From positions 96,001 to 160,000 of the IMG/VR virus record IMGVR_UViG_3300035158_000183: a stretch of 64,000 bases of DNA, one strand, 5' to 3'. Below, piece by piece: positions 38,895 through 49,264 of the stretch. The notes under the pieces are model-generated. The model did not search any database. It had not been told where the DNA came from and saw nothing but the letters and a program-made list of their open reading frames with translations. The stretch comes from a virus. Made by a program: the position numbers and the translations under genes. Each line of letters opens with the position of its first letter. Positions within the stretch are counted from its first letter, which is position 1.

Positions 38895-41800
38895 CCAATT
38901 CGACCGTGCAGGTACAATGGGGGTGTAAAGGTGGCAGTTCTTCGTAGATTATAGCATCTGAGTTTTTGTAATTCAAAGGATGTTTATCACAGATTTCGCA
39001 AGGTTCACTTCCGTGACGGTGAGAAACCAGCTCTTCGAAGTCCAAAACCCGGTATCCACTGGCCTTGCCATAGTTGTAGGCCCTCATAATCTCACTGTTG
39101 TCTATCATGGCTGTTCTGTGGCGCAGGGCCTGTAGCATCAGGCCGGCGAATATGGCATCCTCAGCCTTCAGGCCTGGAGATTTCATAGTATACCGATCTA
39201 AGCTCTGAATGACCTCTTTCCTGAGTTTCATCATATATCTGGTGATGTGGTCGTTGATCTTCTCGTCAGCTCTCCCGGCATTTACTTGCCATATTTCGAC
39301 ATTTATGTCTCGTATACCCTGTCTATAGGCTTGGCGGGCCAGTAAGCTGAGGCGTTCTGCTGCCTTGCCGAAGGCTGCGTCTACCATAACCTGGAGTTCC
39401 TTGGTGCGGGCACCACGGTTCCGGATCTGGATATCGATATCATTTCTGAGGATATCGTAAGCTGTCTGAAGAGGCGGCTGCTGGCTGAATATGTAATCTA
39501 GTGTAGGAACGGCATTTCGCAGGCCGAAGTTGTCCTTGTTGACCTTGGCACTGGCTCTGGTGCCATGCTGGTTAGCAGGCTTGTTCTTATTAGTAACAGA
39601 GTTGCCGCCAGCAGACTTGGTTTTGTTTTGTGCCGTTCTGGAGACTGCTTCGGACTGGGATGTTGCAGTTCCTGGCTCGTCGAGGGACTGGAGTATAACC
39701 TTGTCTCTCTCGATCAGCCCATATTGAGTCATAGCCCAATCTCCATCACCCTTCACGAACATACGACCCTTGCTATTGGAGGTCGGCCAACCCTCACCCT
39801 CAAATGGCTCGTAGCCTAGCTCGATACGCATCTCTGGATGGGTGATGGCGTTCTTCAGGAAGATATCCACAAAGTGATTCTCTTTAGCCTGGCGGGCCTC
39901 GAAGTCAATCTCCTTGAACTTGAGGTATACCTTGTTCTCTTCGTCGAAGAGCGAGCCATCCGAGAAGGTACTCTCCAACATGAGTTCGCGTATTATGAAT
40001 GACTCGAACTGTGAGGCAAATTCTTTCTGATCAGCCTTGGTGTCGTCGATGAGGTTGCGTGACATGGTCTGGGCAGTAGAGTTCCCCTGAATGCTGATCT
40101 TTCCATTTCTTCTAACAACTAATACATGATTCGGGACCTCAAAAGCCCATACCTTGTCTCTGTAAAAAACCTTTTTGATTTGATGATCTCTTACTTCGAC
40201 CACTGTCTTTGGATGGATATTAATCCTGCCAACGCCCTTATGGGCTGGTCCTAATGAAGACCGAAGACCCAACCTTGATGTTAGTTCTTGTATACCATCT
40301 AACAGCTCTTTACTACTTGAGCTATATGAAAAACCCTTACGACCTGGCCTAGAATCATAAGATCCATCTCCTGAAACCAAAGCCACAAGAAGTAACCAAA
40401 GTTGTTTTGCTGGTAGGTTTAGAAATTCTCTTGGAATCTTTTTGTTATCGCTATAAGTACCAACATTCTCTGCCAAATATGTCCAAAGCGATTTACAATT
40501 TATCCAGAACCTAGAGCAAGAATCAGAATCGTTTATATACTCATTAAACCTAAACGGCAATCTCTCAAGTACTGTTCTAATCTTGATTACTTTTTCAGGA
40601 TTAGTCTTATTGCTTTGAGAGATAGAGATAGCCCATTTATTATCTTGTTTGGCTAAAGTTCCCTCGGATATAAAATACCCTAAAAACTCAAGCCAATCAT
40701 CCATGTCTATATTATTAAATGGACCAAGGTTGTCATGATTGGTTATATTAGGGCTATAATCTACTTGAGGAAGATCAAATGTAGACTGTTCTGTCCCTTC
40801 TACTTCTGATGGAGAAGCTAATAAACAAAACTTCTTTACGTCAATATCTTGAACTTCTCTTAACTCCCAAGTAATTTTATCTTTCCAGCCAATTCTCCCA
40901 AAATATAATTTGTGATTTGGCGTCACGACAAGATCAACATGACGATTACTAATCTTATAAAGTTCCCCCTCATAATCATAAGTAAGCAAACCATCAACTG
41001 GCTTCTGAAATTCTAATTGTTGGGTTTCAGGATTAATAGTACCAACCTTGTCACCATCCCTATAGTCCCAATAATTTTTCCAACCAGAATCTGTAAGAAT
41101 TTGGGTCTGGTTATCAAAACACCGGTTGGCTGTACCACCCTCACCCATATCCACCGAGCTATTGCCAAGACCAGTAAATATCCTCTGCTTGAAGTGAGCT
41201 ATTACCTTCTCAACTGCTACGGGGCCGGCCTTGGTAGCCAGTGGAATGATTTCGTGCCGCTCCGGTGTAACCCAGCAACCATCTGTAGGCATTTGGGCCA
41301 CCTTCAACTGTATCTCTTGGACTTCATCTTTACCATCGGGGTTCACAGCAGCAGGGTTATTCTCTGTACCAACCTTGTAGTGGAATAATGGGAAAAGATG
41401 CTGGTAGACCAGAAGCTCTATATTCTCTTCAATACGGCGCAGAGCGCGGATATCATCCTTAACTGAGGCCAGAACAGGGGTACCCACAGAGTAGCCCTCC
41501 CGCTTGTCATAGTAGAAGTGTACCACGTCATCAGGGCTGAACTCCTTAGCGGTCTTGCCGTAGACCTCCTGCTGGTACTTCTTAAGCCTACCGTATTCGT
41601 CTCTCTTGAATCTGACAGTCTCCGGAGCCATTAAGAAGTAACCCGCTACAGGCTGTAGCTTCTTGCCGTCAGGTGTAGTTCTGACACGACCGCCAGATGC
41701 CGGCTCCTTGCGCACCTTCACCCAGAAGGCATTCGAGGTACGTATTAATGCCCAGATAGTCTGGCTGATCAGGACCGGGAACGGAGTTCCGGTAGCTGTT

Positions 41801-42138
41801 TCCATTTGCTGGAAGCGTCTCTTGACATAACGCACCCTCTCGGGCTTGGTTCCAACAAACTCGTAGCCCTCCTTCAGGAACAGGTTCTTCTTATTGCGGA
41901 ATGCTCTGCGAACATAGGATTCGGTATCTATGATACGCCCACATTCTGCCAGATCCCATTCTGGAGCCTCCCAGCGCAATGATGGGGCGCGAGACCTGCC
42001 AATATTATTTGTGTATACCTTGGTGGGTGCTGGGATGACCCTGGGTATAATAGCTCGCTTAGTCGTTCCCTTTGGCCCCTTACCAAAGCCATCATTCTTG
42101 GGCACTATAGTTTTAGCTGTGGTAGATGCCTTAGCCAT
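38881..42138 (-). CDS. Portal protein with intein and C-terminal head-morphogenesis (SPP1 gp7/MuF-like) motif
   Basis: 1085 aa; SNAFWVK, DDVVHFYY..GYSVGTP..SVKDDIRALRRIEE; C-terminal CEIC...PPLHPHCTC. Confidence 0.85.
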   Translation of the reverse strand: MAKASTTAKTIVPKNDGFGKGPKGTTKRAIIPRVIPAPTKVYTNNIGRSRAPSLRWEAPEWDLAECGRIIDTESYVRRAFRNKKNLFLKEGYEFVGTKPERVRYVKRRFQQMETATGTPFPVLISQTIWALIRTSNAFWVKVRKEPASGGRVRTTPDGKKLQPVAGYFLMAPETVRFKRDEYGRLKKYQQEVYGKTAKEFSPDDVVHFYYDKREGYSVGTPVLASVKDDIRALRRIEENIELLVYQHLFPLFHYKVGTENNPAAVNPDGKDEVQEIQLKVAQMPTDGCWVTPERHEIIPLATKAGPVAVEKVIAHFKQRIFTGLGNSSVDMGEGGTANRCFDNQTQILTDSGWKNYWDYRDGDKVGTINPETQQLEFQKPVDGLLTYDYEGELYKISNRHVDLVVTPNHKLYFGRIGWKDKITWELREVQDIDVKKFCLLASPSEVEGTEQSTFDLPQVDYSPNITNHDNLGPFNNIDMDDWLEFLGYFISEGTLAKQDNKWAISISQSNKTNPEKVIKIRTVLERLPFRFNEYINDSDSCSRFWINCKSLWTYLAENVGTYSDNKKIPREFLNLPAKQLWLLLVALVSGDGSYDSRPGRKGFSYSSSSKELLDGIQELTSRLGLRSSLGPAHKGVGRINIHPKTVVEVRDHQIKKVFYRDKVWAFEVPNHVLVVRRNGKISIQGNSTAQTMSRNLIDDTKADQKEFASQFESFIIRELMLESTFSDGSLFDEENKVYLKFKEIDFEARQAKENHFVDIFLKNAITHPEMRIELGYEPFEGEGWPTSNSKGRMFVKGDGDWAMTQYGLIERDKVILQSLDEPGTATSQSEAVSRTAQNKTKSAGGNSVTNKNKPANQHGTRASAKVNKDNFGLRNAVPTLDYIFSQQPPLQTAYDILRNDIDIQIRNRGARTKELQVMVDAAFGKAAERLSLLARQAYRQGIRDINVEIWQVNAGRADEKINDHITRYMMKLRKEVIQSLDRYTMKSPGLKAEDAIFAGLMLQALRHRTAMIDNSEIMRAYNYGKASGYRVLDFEELVSHRHGSEPCEICDKHPLNYKNSDAIIYEELPPLHPHCTCTVELGVGG
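40081..41121 (-). mobile_element. Portal intein (347 aa) with LAGLIDADG endonuclease, ending GN
   Basis: TANR|CFDNQTQILT...VTPNH...FLGYFISEG...LVSGDGS...VWAFEVPNHVLVVRRNGKISIQGN|S; AT-rich. Confidence 0.92.
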
Positions 42139-44215
42139 TCGTGCTGCCTCTCTTCTCGAAGTCGGCTATCCAGCTACGAACCTGCTCTAGCTCGTCCTGA
42201 GCGACGTTCTTAAAGCAATCTTTGATAATTGTACCTGATTCCACAAACTTTTGCTTGTCAGCAGGCTTCTTTGGAGCACTAATAGTTTCTCCTGGTACTG
42301 TACCCGGGACCACTGCTTCCGGAACCTGCTCAACACCGCTAGGTGTAGTCTCCAGCGTCGGAGTGTGATCTTGCACATCAGGACCAGCTTGCCGACCTGG
42401 GGGGATAACCGCTACGGTCCCGTCATCCTGCACCTCAAATTGTGTGGCAGAGTGGCGGTTTAACTCGCCCTCAAGTATAAATTTCATTTGACTCGGATTG
42501 AAATTTGTGTGGGTTCCACACTCGAGACCATTCTCAGACACAGCCTTAATCATAGCCTTGACTAGCATAATTAGCTGTATCAGTCTCGATTTGAGCATTG
42601 TGGTATCGGCCTTCTTGGTCATCCACCCCAGATCGGTGCCGAGCAAATCATGAACCATTTGGGTGACATAGGTGAACCAGTCCCTGACATACTGCACTGC
42701 GCCCTGTAGTATATTACGTAAGTGTACAATGGAGGCCACAATAGGTGAGGTGACGTAGTATTCTGTAGCCGGAATAGGTTTGGCCTGCTTCTCAGGTGGG
42801 TGGTAGCCCGCCTCAAACTCACCACCTACCATATACTTCTCAGAGTTAGGTATATCGTCCTTACTCCAGCGGGTGCCGTCATGCTGCTCATACCTGAGCG
42901 GAGGAGGTATATACTGTCTCTTGGCTCGTTCCTGGGCACGCATTTCCTTCCACCGCTCATCACGCTCTCTGCGCTCTTCTTCGGTCAGGGCTGGGTCCCA
43001 CTCCTCATCAATCTCCAGAGCAGCTAGCTCTGTTTCCTCCAACGGATAGTCAGGGATAGTGGGGTTGTATTTTTGCGAGTCAGGTGTTCTAAAGACTTCT
43101 GCTTCCCAGTTACCCCAGACACCAGCCTTTGGATCCAGAGCACCAGGCTCTATAATACCTTTCTCTGGGTCGCCCAGACCTGCTGTACCGCCTATACCCA
43201 TAGGATTAGCGATATTAACATGCCCAGGCCCAGCCACACCTACATCCAGATCGATATTACCCCCGACTTGAGCTAGCGGTATACGAGCACTCTGAGCTAT
43301 AAGGATAGTCTCATTGATATGGTCAATGACACAGATAATAGGACCCAAGATGAGCTGTACCCACTTGTCAAGCCAGGCTGACAGAGCATCCAGGAATGGA
43401 CTCAGTATGGGGCCTACCAATTGTATAATGAAGTCAATATTGAATTTAACATCCAGATTGAGCTTGGCCAGATATTGTGTGAGCAGAGCCAAAATGGCCA
43501 GGAGATCCTGAGGACACAGGTGCTTGAGAAGATTGAGCAGCTCACAAATATCTACAAATGCACCAGGGTCCTTGAACAGAGACTTTACCTTATCCAGGAT
43601 ATCGGTACGTACCTTAATATTGAGAGCATGGATTTCCAGCAAGTCACCGTCAGGCAGCAAGTTACCCGGGTCTAGAAGCCTGTCAAAACAGGGCACACAC
43701 TCGGTAAGCAGCCTGCCTATATTTTCAGCTCTAGTCTTAGCAGACACATCTGAGCCAAATATCTTGGTGTAGTCAAAGTCTTCCTGGCTCTGGCGGAGCC
43801 CACTCATGAAAGCATCTGGGCTATCCATGGCTGTATCCCAGTAATCTAGCCTCTTCTCACTCTTCTTCTTAGCTTCTGTGTAGAAGGGATCAGTCTCAGG
43901 TGCTGCTCCAGTTACCTGGTGCATACCAGGATAGTACCGCATCTGCAGCCTGGTGCGCTCTGCAAAGTTCCTAGTAGAGTACACATCACGATAGTGATAC
44001 GCCTTGGCATAGTCTTCGCGCGTCCAGTTGGCAGCATCTAGCTCAAAAGTCTTGATAATTATTGCATAATCCTGCTGCGCAAACGTATTGTCAGGATTTA
44101 CATATACACCAAACTCGCCTGTCTCGGCCTTACCCTTGGTCCAATCGGGTGTGGCCTTGAAAGCAGCCTCAGAAGAGGTCTCAACAGGTATATATTCATC
44201 CTGAGTAAATGACAT
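42131..44215 (-). CDS. Hypothetical virion-associated protein
   Basis: 694 aa ORF coupled to portal; central hydrophobic helical region. Confidence 0.7.
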   Translation of the reverse strand: MSFTQDEYIPVETSSEAAFKATPDWTKGKAETGEFGVYVNPDNTFAQQDYAIIIKTFELDAANWTREDYAKAYHYRDVYSTRNFAERTRLQMRYYPGMHQVTGAAPETDPFYTEAKKKSEKRLDYWDTAMDSPDAFMSGLRQSQEDFDYTKIFGSDVSAKTRAENIGRLLTECVPCFDRLLDPGNLLPDGDLLEIHALNIKVRTDILDKVKSLFKDPGAFVDICELLNLLKHLCPQDLLAILALLTQYLAKLNLDVKFNIDFIIQLVGPILSPFLDALSAWLDKWVQLILGPIICVIDHINETILIAQSARIPLAQVGGNIDLDVGVAGPGHVNIANPMGIGGTAGLGDPEKGIIEPGALDPKAGVWGNWEAEVFRTPDSQKYNPTIPDYPLEETELAALEIDEEWDPALTEEERRERDERWKEMRAQERAKRQYIPPPLRYEQHDGTRWSKDDIPNSEKYMVGGEFEAGYHPPEKQAKPIPATEYYVTSPIVASIVHLRNILQGAVQYVRDWFTYVTQMVHDLLGTDLGWMTKKADTTMLKSRLIQLIMLVKAMIKAVSENGLECGTHTNFNPSQMKFILEGELNRHSATQFEVQDDGTVAVIPPGRQAGPDVQDHTPTLETTPSGVEQVPEAVVPGTVPGETISAPKKPADKQKFVESGTIIKDCFKNVAQDELEQVRSWIADFEKRGSTNG

Positions 44216-44574
44216 TATAGTTCGCCTACAGCACCGAGAGCGGCTTTGGTAGCCTTGCCCCCACCTTCCTTGATAGCTTCCTTCTGCTTGGCCAACAGAC
44301 GAGAAGCGCTCCTGGGGAAAGATCCATTATACTTTGTCAGCACCTTTCCTTGACCTGGCGCGACAGTCGAACCAGATTGTGCCGCAGGCCCGCCTGTTGT
44401 GGTTACAGCCTGGCCTGGATTTGTATGCGTGGGCAGGTTACTGGGCTTCATCATCTCAATGGCATCTTTCCTGGTCAAGAAGTCCTCCATGATTAGAGGG
44501 AATAGCTTACAATAGCCGATTTGTACCTGAGCTACCTCATAGGCCTGGTCATTTAGTGGAGTAAAGGTCATCAT
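44215..44574 (-). CDS. Hypothetical protein
   Basis: 119 aa; PGQAVTTTGGPAAQSGST segment; translationally coupled. Confidence 0.65.
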   Translation of the reverse strand: MMTFTPLNDQAYEVAQVQIGYCKLFPLIMEDFLTRKDAIEMMKPSNLPTHTNPGQAVTTTGGPAAQSGSTVAPGQGKVLTKYNGSFPRSASRLLAKQKEAIKEGGGKATKAALGAVGEL

Positions 44575-44576
44575 AG

Positions 44577-44996
44577 CTACAGGTCCTCCGGATTGGGTAT
44601 ATTGCTGTTGGCTATCTTGGCCATCTCAGATACGCATGTCTGGTACATCTGGAATGTGATTTCCCGACCATCACCACCGAACACACGCTTGACAGCCTCA
44701 ATGATGCGTAACTGGTTATCTGGGTTCAGAGTAATCTTAACATTCTTGCAACGGTCACTAATCTCGTCCTCAAGCTGTTTGCACTCTTCAATAATCTTGC
44801 CGTAACCATCAAAGACTTCCTTCGCTTTGTCCTGACGAAAAGCCAGAGTAGTACGGTCCTTTGTCTTGTCTTCCTCTCTTATATATGGTCGCAGAACATC
44901 AGCTGGCTCCGGAGGCACCCACTTAGTTGCACTAGTAGCATCCAGTATAGAGTGGTCTCTGGGCGATAGCATCCTGCGAAGTTCGGCTTCATTCAT
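44577..44996 (-). CDS. Hypothetical protein
   Basis: 139 aa, coupled in operon. Confidence 0.65.
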   Translation of the reverse strand: MNEAELRRMLSPRDHSILDATSATKWVPPEPADVLRPYIREEDKTKDRTTLAFRQDKAKEVFDGYGKIIEECKQLEDEISDRCKNVKITLNPDNQLRIIEAVKRVFGGDGREITFQMYQTCVSEMAKIANSNIPNPEDL

Positions 44997-45460
44997 TATG
45001 GCACCACGGCATTTTCGGTATAGCTCACGTTGAGCACGATGTCAGTCTTGACCTTGGCGTCAGTGTTGGGCGGACAGGTAATTAGATACCAGAAGGGGAA
45101 GTATGTGGTTGTGTCTGCACCGCTGTCGCTGCCAACACTCTCCATATCAATTTCATTGCCCCAATCTATGTCCTCCCATTCACCTGCAGTGGGTTCTTCC
45201 CCACCTGCATTGAGCTTAACGCCCCAGCCTGTCTCATCATAAGCTACATCGCCATACGGGCTAGCATCCACCAGATCTATGGGCTTGATACGTAGATTGG
45301 AGAACCACTTACTTACATCAGCATTTCTCAAATATAAACAGACAGTTATGGTATCTCCTGGCTTGCCATCATGTACTGTGGTCAGCGGAGTGGAGAGATC
45401 CTGGTCCGATGACATCTCGACAAACTGGTCATCTTCCTTGTAGTAGATTGCTAGGCCCAT
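44996..45460 (-). CDS. Hypothetical acidic beta-rich structural protein
   Basis: 154 aa, SD GGAGG. Confidence 0.65.
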   Translation of the reverse strand: MGLAIYYKEDDQFVEMSSDQDLSTPLTTVHDGKPGDTITVCLYLRNADVSKWFSNLRIKPIDLVDASPYGDVAYDETGWGVKLNAGGEEPTAGEWEDIDWGNEIDMESVGSDSGADTTTYFPFWYLITCPPNTDAKVKTDIVLNVSYTENAVVP

Positions 45461-45469
45461 GAAATCCTC

Positions 45470-47422
45470 CTAGATATTGGTACGCGAAGGTCGTTGTTTA
45501 TGTACATTAGCGCGGCGACGCTTTCTTTGCAACCATTCAGCTTTACGTTGTGCTTCCATATCGCTTTCCCAGCCAACCCGATTGGTCTTGGCCACATCAG
45601 CAGCACTACTAATTCTACCAGGCATCATGTATGATTGCCTACTGTTAGCTGGGATTTCTTCCATACGGCGATCTTCTGGACGATGGATCTCTGGTCTAGC
45701 CTGTTGCTGGTCAGCTATTCGGTTCTCCCGGTCCTGTAGAGACTCTGGCCTCTGAACAGTACGTGGATCTGGAACCGCTATTACTGTAGTGATAAACTTA
45801 GAGGCATGTAGGTCATCGAACTCCAGGTGGAATGCCACCAGAGCTAGGTTGAGTGCATCTAGCCGGTGATCCAGAACCTTAGGTTCACGGAGGCCAAAAA
45901 CCTGTACCTTAGTGGGCGTAACACGCTCTACAATATAGTTTCGTAGCTGCTTCTCCAAGACATGGTCATGAGAGGAAATAATAATTCTCTCCTGCTCAAA
46001 AGCCCTCACGGAAGCACTGACCATGAACGGTTTGGCTGGCTTCTTGATCTTCTCATGGGTGATAGGGTCACGCACCTGCAGAGATGCCCCGGAGTCATAT
46101 TTCTTCAGTATATCCAGTAACTTAGCAGTCTGTAAGTCCCCGCCCTTCCTGCGCTCTTTGTAAGCAGTCTGTCTCAATAGCTCATAGTTAGTACTCCCGC
46201 CTCCGGCATCAATATACACAAACGACGGTCGCCACTTCCTATTCATTTCCAGAAGCTTTTGCACACCAGTGAGCTGTGTGAACTCAGTCTTAGGCACCAG
46301 CACTGCATCTACTATCTGGAATTTGCCAGTGAAAGTATTATGCCCTACGACTACTATCTCCGTACCATGCTGCTCGTTCCAGTCAGTGCCAATACAGTAC
46401 CTCCATGTAGATGACCTCTTGTGTTCGCCGTACTGGTAGTCCGTAAGAGCCGTATCGATATACTCAGGTTTATAGACGCCCGCTTCCGAAGAACCCCACT
46501 CTGCCAAGTACTCATGGGTCCAGTCCTCCTCAGTGAAAGAGGAGCGTTCCATCTCCACATTCTTCCAGTGGGGCAGCACCTTGTAGTTATGATGGTACTC
46601 CTTATAGTGTGGGTTTCCAGTACAGAACTTATAGTATGGTGTCTGAAAGCCAGATGGAGTTGAGAATCCTACCAGTGCAGTATCAGGAGATGTCTGCAAC
46701 AGCGGGATGACAGCGCCAGTAATAGCCTTCTCGTCAATATAGTCCATCTCCTCCAGGTACAATCTGTCAGCATCCTGTCCTCGGATAGAGACACCCTCAG
46801 ATTTGCCCTTGGTGCCGGCAGCAAAACCACGGAGTCTTGCACCATTGGTAAGCTTGATCTCATAGTATGGCGCAGATACATCACGCACTACCATATTAGC
46901 TAACTCTGGATTGCTATGGATAAACGCCCGGACTCTGGTGATAATTTCTTCAGTATGGGATTTTTGTGGACCCGCTACCACTATCTTGATATTGGGTTCG
47001 GTAAATAGGTAGTAACATATCTCAATGCAGATCAGGTCGGTTTTGCCAGTACGTCGAGCAGTCCGGAGGACTTTACGCCTGGAGGTACAGCGCAAAATGC
47101 GTCCCTGGTACCATCTGGCTATCCATGGATCGTCTGTCGGAAGCTTAAGGTACCGCGCAGCCCACTTCACAATATCAGCTACTGCTTCCAGCTCCGCCCA
47201 TGCCTCATCCGTAAAGGCAGTTCTCATATTTGGGTCTAGTTGGTTCCTGGGTATCCCTGTACAGGGAACTAGAAACTTACCACGAGCAGCCTTGCCATGC
47301 TCATCGACAAACTTCTCATATTTCTTAAGCTGTTTACGGACACAGTCGTGGCATTGATCTTCGACCTCATCCAGGACGAAGGGTAGCTTAAACTTCCGCA
47401 GATCCGTGCATGCATCTTCCAT
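45470..47422 (-). CDS. terL: Terminase large subunit
   Basis: WYQ, Walker A RRTGKT, IRGQDAD, Walker B LYLEEMD, motif III FSTP, RNase H-like GTDWN...YIDAGG...DHRLDAL. Confidence 0.92.
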   Translation of the reverse strand: MEDACTDLRKFKLPFVLDEVEDQCHDCVRKQLKKYEKFVDEHGKAARGKFLVPCTGIPRNQLDPNMRTAFTDEAWAELEAVADIVKWAARYLKLPTDDPWIARWYQGRILRCTSRRKVLRTARRTGKTDLICIEICYYLFTEPNIKIVVAGPQKSHTEEIITRVRAFIHSNPELANMVVRDVSAPYYEIKLTNGARLRGFAAGTKGKSEGVSIRGQDADRLYLEEMDYIDEKAITGAVIPLLQTSPDTALVGFSTPSGFQTPYYKFCTGNPHYKEYHHNYKVLPHWKNVEMERSSFTEEDWTHEYLAEWGSSEAGVYKPEYIDTALTDYQYGEHKRSSTWRYCIGTDWNEQHGTEIVVVGHNTFTGKFQIVDAVLVPKTEFTQLTGVQKLLEMNRKWRPSFVYIDAGGGSTNYELLRQTAYKERRKGGDLQTAKLLDILKKYDSGASLQVRDPITHEKIKKPAKPFMVSASVRAFEQERIIISSHDHVLEKQLRNYIVERVTPTKVQVFGLREPKVLDHRLDALNLALVAFHLEFDDLHASKFITTVIAVPDPRTVQRPESLQDRENRIADQQQARPEIHRPEDRRMEEIPANSRQSYMMPGRISSAADVAKTNRVGWESDMEAQRKAEWLQRKRRRANVHKQRPSRTNI

Positions 47423-47426
47423 AATA

Positions 47427-48245
47427 TTACCTATGTACGAACATAGCTTCCCGGCCCAGGAGGGACCGGGCAGACATGGTGCCGCGATTCATCATGGACA
47501 GAGATTGCTGTCTCATGGTGTGGGCCCGTTGGGTGTTGAAGGCTGGGCTTTGTACGCCCCAGTTGAGGCGACGCTTGCTCTGTTCACGCTCTACTAGCCT
47601 GTCGGGAATCCTGGTTAGGGCTTCTGTCATACTACCACCGGCTATCGCTCCCGCCATACCACCAGCCAGGTATCCTACGCCTGCACCTATGGCTGTGCCC
47701 ACAATTGGTATAGCACTACCTATGGCTGCACCAATACCCATACCAGCTTTGCTGCCTACTTCCCAGCCTATAAAGTCTGCAATACCTATAGTGGCACCTC
47801 GAGCGGCCTCAACACCTTCCTGGCCAGCACCCGCCTCCATAGCGCCTAGGGTGGCAAATATAGCAGAGGTTACAAAAGCTCCTCCGAGAGCATACTTGAT
47901 AGCACCGGCTCCGGCAAAACCTCCTCCGCCCATCTTCCGAGCTTCTTTCAAGGCCTTGGCAATGCCAGTGTCTCCCTTGTGCATCCTCTGAAGCTCTGTA
48001 AGGCGCCTGATATATTTCGGGCTGCCTGCAGCATGTTTGTGCCGCCATGGGTTTATCAACATTTCCTTACGGTTAGGAGCAAATATTGTAGCCGCCATTC
48101 CGCCCCTGGCATAACTCTTGGCGAATTGTGCCCGACCCCATTGGTGAGCACGATATCTTGCACGCGTTCCCAGGTCAGCCCCGGGAGGCGGTCGATCTGG
48201 TTGTCCGGTAAACCAGTTGAGATACGGATTGGAAAAATCTGCCAT
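47427..48245 (-). CDS. Gly/Ala-rich protein, probably virion-internal or membrane-inserting
   Basis: 272 aa; glycine-zipper GAAIGSAIPIVGTAIGAGVG; C-terminal TMRQQSL...RSLLGREA. Confidence 0.65.
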   Translation of the reverse strand: MADFSNPYLNWFTGQPDRPPPGADLGTRARYRAHQWGRAQFAKSYARGGMAATIFAPNRKEMLINPWRHKHAAGSPKYIRRLTELQRMHKGDTGIAKALKEARKMGGGGFAGAGAIKYALGGAFVTSAIFATLGAMEAGAGQEGVEAARGATIGIADFIGWEVGSKAGMGIGAAIGSAIPIVGTAIGAGVGYLAGGMAGAIAGGSMTEALTRIPDRLVEREQSKRRLNWGVQSPAFNTQRAHTMRQQSLSMMNRGTMSARSLLGREAMFVHR

Positions 48246-48273
48246 ACTATACTAGACCTGGATGGAGTGGTTC

Positions 48274-48765
48274 TTAATAGCTACGATTGGATCCGAGTAT
48301 GGAGTTTCCGATATAGGCGCCAGATCCCATACCCAGAGCTGCGAAACTTCCTGCACCCCATTTGTTAATACTCATAAAATTACGACCAATCAAGGCATTA
48401 GCTCCACGCGCACCGGCCTGTAGGTGTCCGCCACCCACAATAGCAGCAGATCCTAGCCCCCCTAATTTACCTTGATTACTCATTATTCTTCCAGCGCCCC
48501 AGTCCATCATACGTCCGCCCGCCCCAGCGAGTCGGTTAGCCCCTGTGCCCAGAGCACCTGCGATACTTTTGATTCCATGTCCGCGACCCAGTGCGCCAAT
48601 TCCTCTTGCAGCAGGGCCCAAAAGCATACCAGCTGCTGCGCCGCCCAGCGCTCCGCCTGCTATACCACCATAATCTCCCCAGTCGCCAACTGCCCCCATG
48701 GCTCCACCTGCAGCGGCACCAGCGAAACCTCTACCTATTAAGCCTCTTGCGAAAAATCCTGGCAT
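48274..48765 (-). CDS. Small Gly-rich basic protein
   Basis: 163 aa; ends IGNSILGSNRSY. Confidence 0.7.
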   Translation of the reverse strand: MPGFFARGLIGRGFAGAAAGGAMGAVGDWGDYGGIAGGALGGAAAGMLLGPAARGIGALGRGHGIKSIAGALGTGANRLAGAGGRMMDWGAGRIMSNQGKLGGLGSAAIVGGGHLQAGARGANALIGRNFMSINKWGAGSFAALGMGSGAYIGNSILGSNRSY

Positions 48766-48781
48766 GTTGTTGATCTCCTAA

Positions 48782-49204
48782 TTAGTAGGGTCGGTTGGAC
48801 TCTAATATTGTTGAGCCGATTAGTCCTGAAGCGCCTATTCCCCCAGCCGCAGTAAGGGCTGTTGTCAAGCCACGACGAGTAAAGCCTCTTCCTCCTACCT
48901 CTCGCATCCCCTCTATTAGAGGCCCAGTCCTACCAAACCAGCCCCCTGCCGCAGCATTACTACGCATCTTACTGCCCAGAAATGCAAATCCACGACGGCC
49001 CCATCTACTTCCCATTAGTGCACCGGTTGCGGCGCCAAAGCCTGTACCTGCTAGTTGGCTTTGATCACCACTCATTAAAGCACCACCTATTATGGAGTAT
49101 CCCAGACCGCCCACGCCTCCTCTAACTGCGCCAGCGCCGACACCTCGGCCCATACCCAAGCTACTCGGAACACCAGCAAACCAAGAAGGTTTAAAAAATG
49201 CCAT
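48782..49204 (-). CDS. Small Gly-rich basic protein (paralog of 48274..48765)
   Basis: 140 aa; ends IGSTILESNRPY; SD AAGGAGG. Confidence 0.7.
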   Translation of the reverse strand: MAFFKPSWFAGVPSSLGMGRGVGAGAVRGGVGGLGYSIIGGALMSGDQSQLAGTGFGAATGALMGSRWGRRGFAFLGSKMRSNAAAGGWFGRTGPLIEGMREVGGRGFTRRGLTTALTAAGGIGASGLIGSTILESNRPY

Positions 49205-49235
49205 AAATACCTCCTTACAGAGTGATACACTTTAA

Positions 49236-49264
49236 ATTATAGTATGATTTTATACTCCTGTCGA
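49236..49264 (-). promoter_or_regulatory. Sigma70-like promoter for the Gly-rich genes and terL
   Basis: Minus strand TCGACA (49264-49259), 17 nt, TATAAT (49241-49236), upstream of SD and ATG at 49204. Confidence 0.6.
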
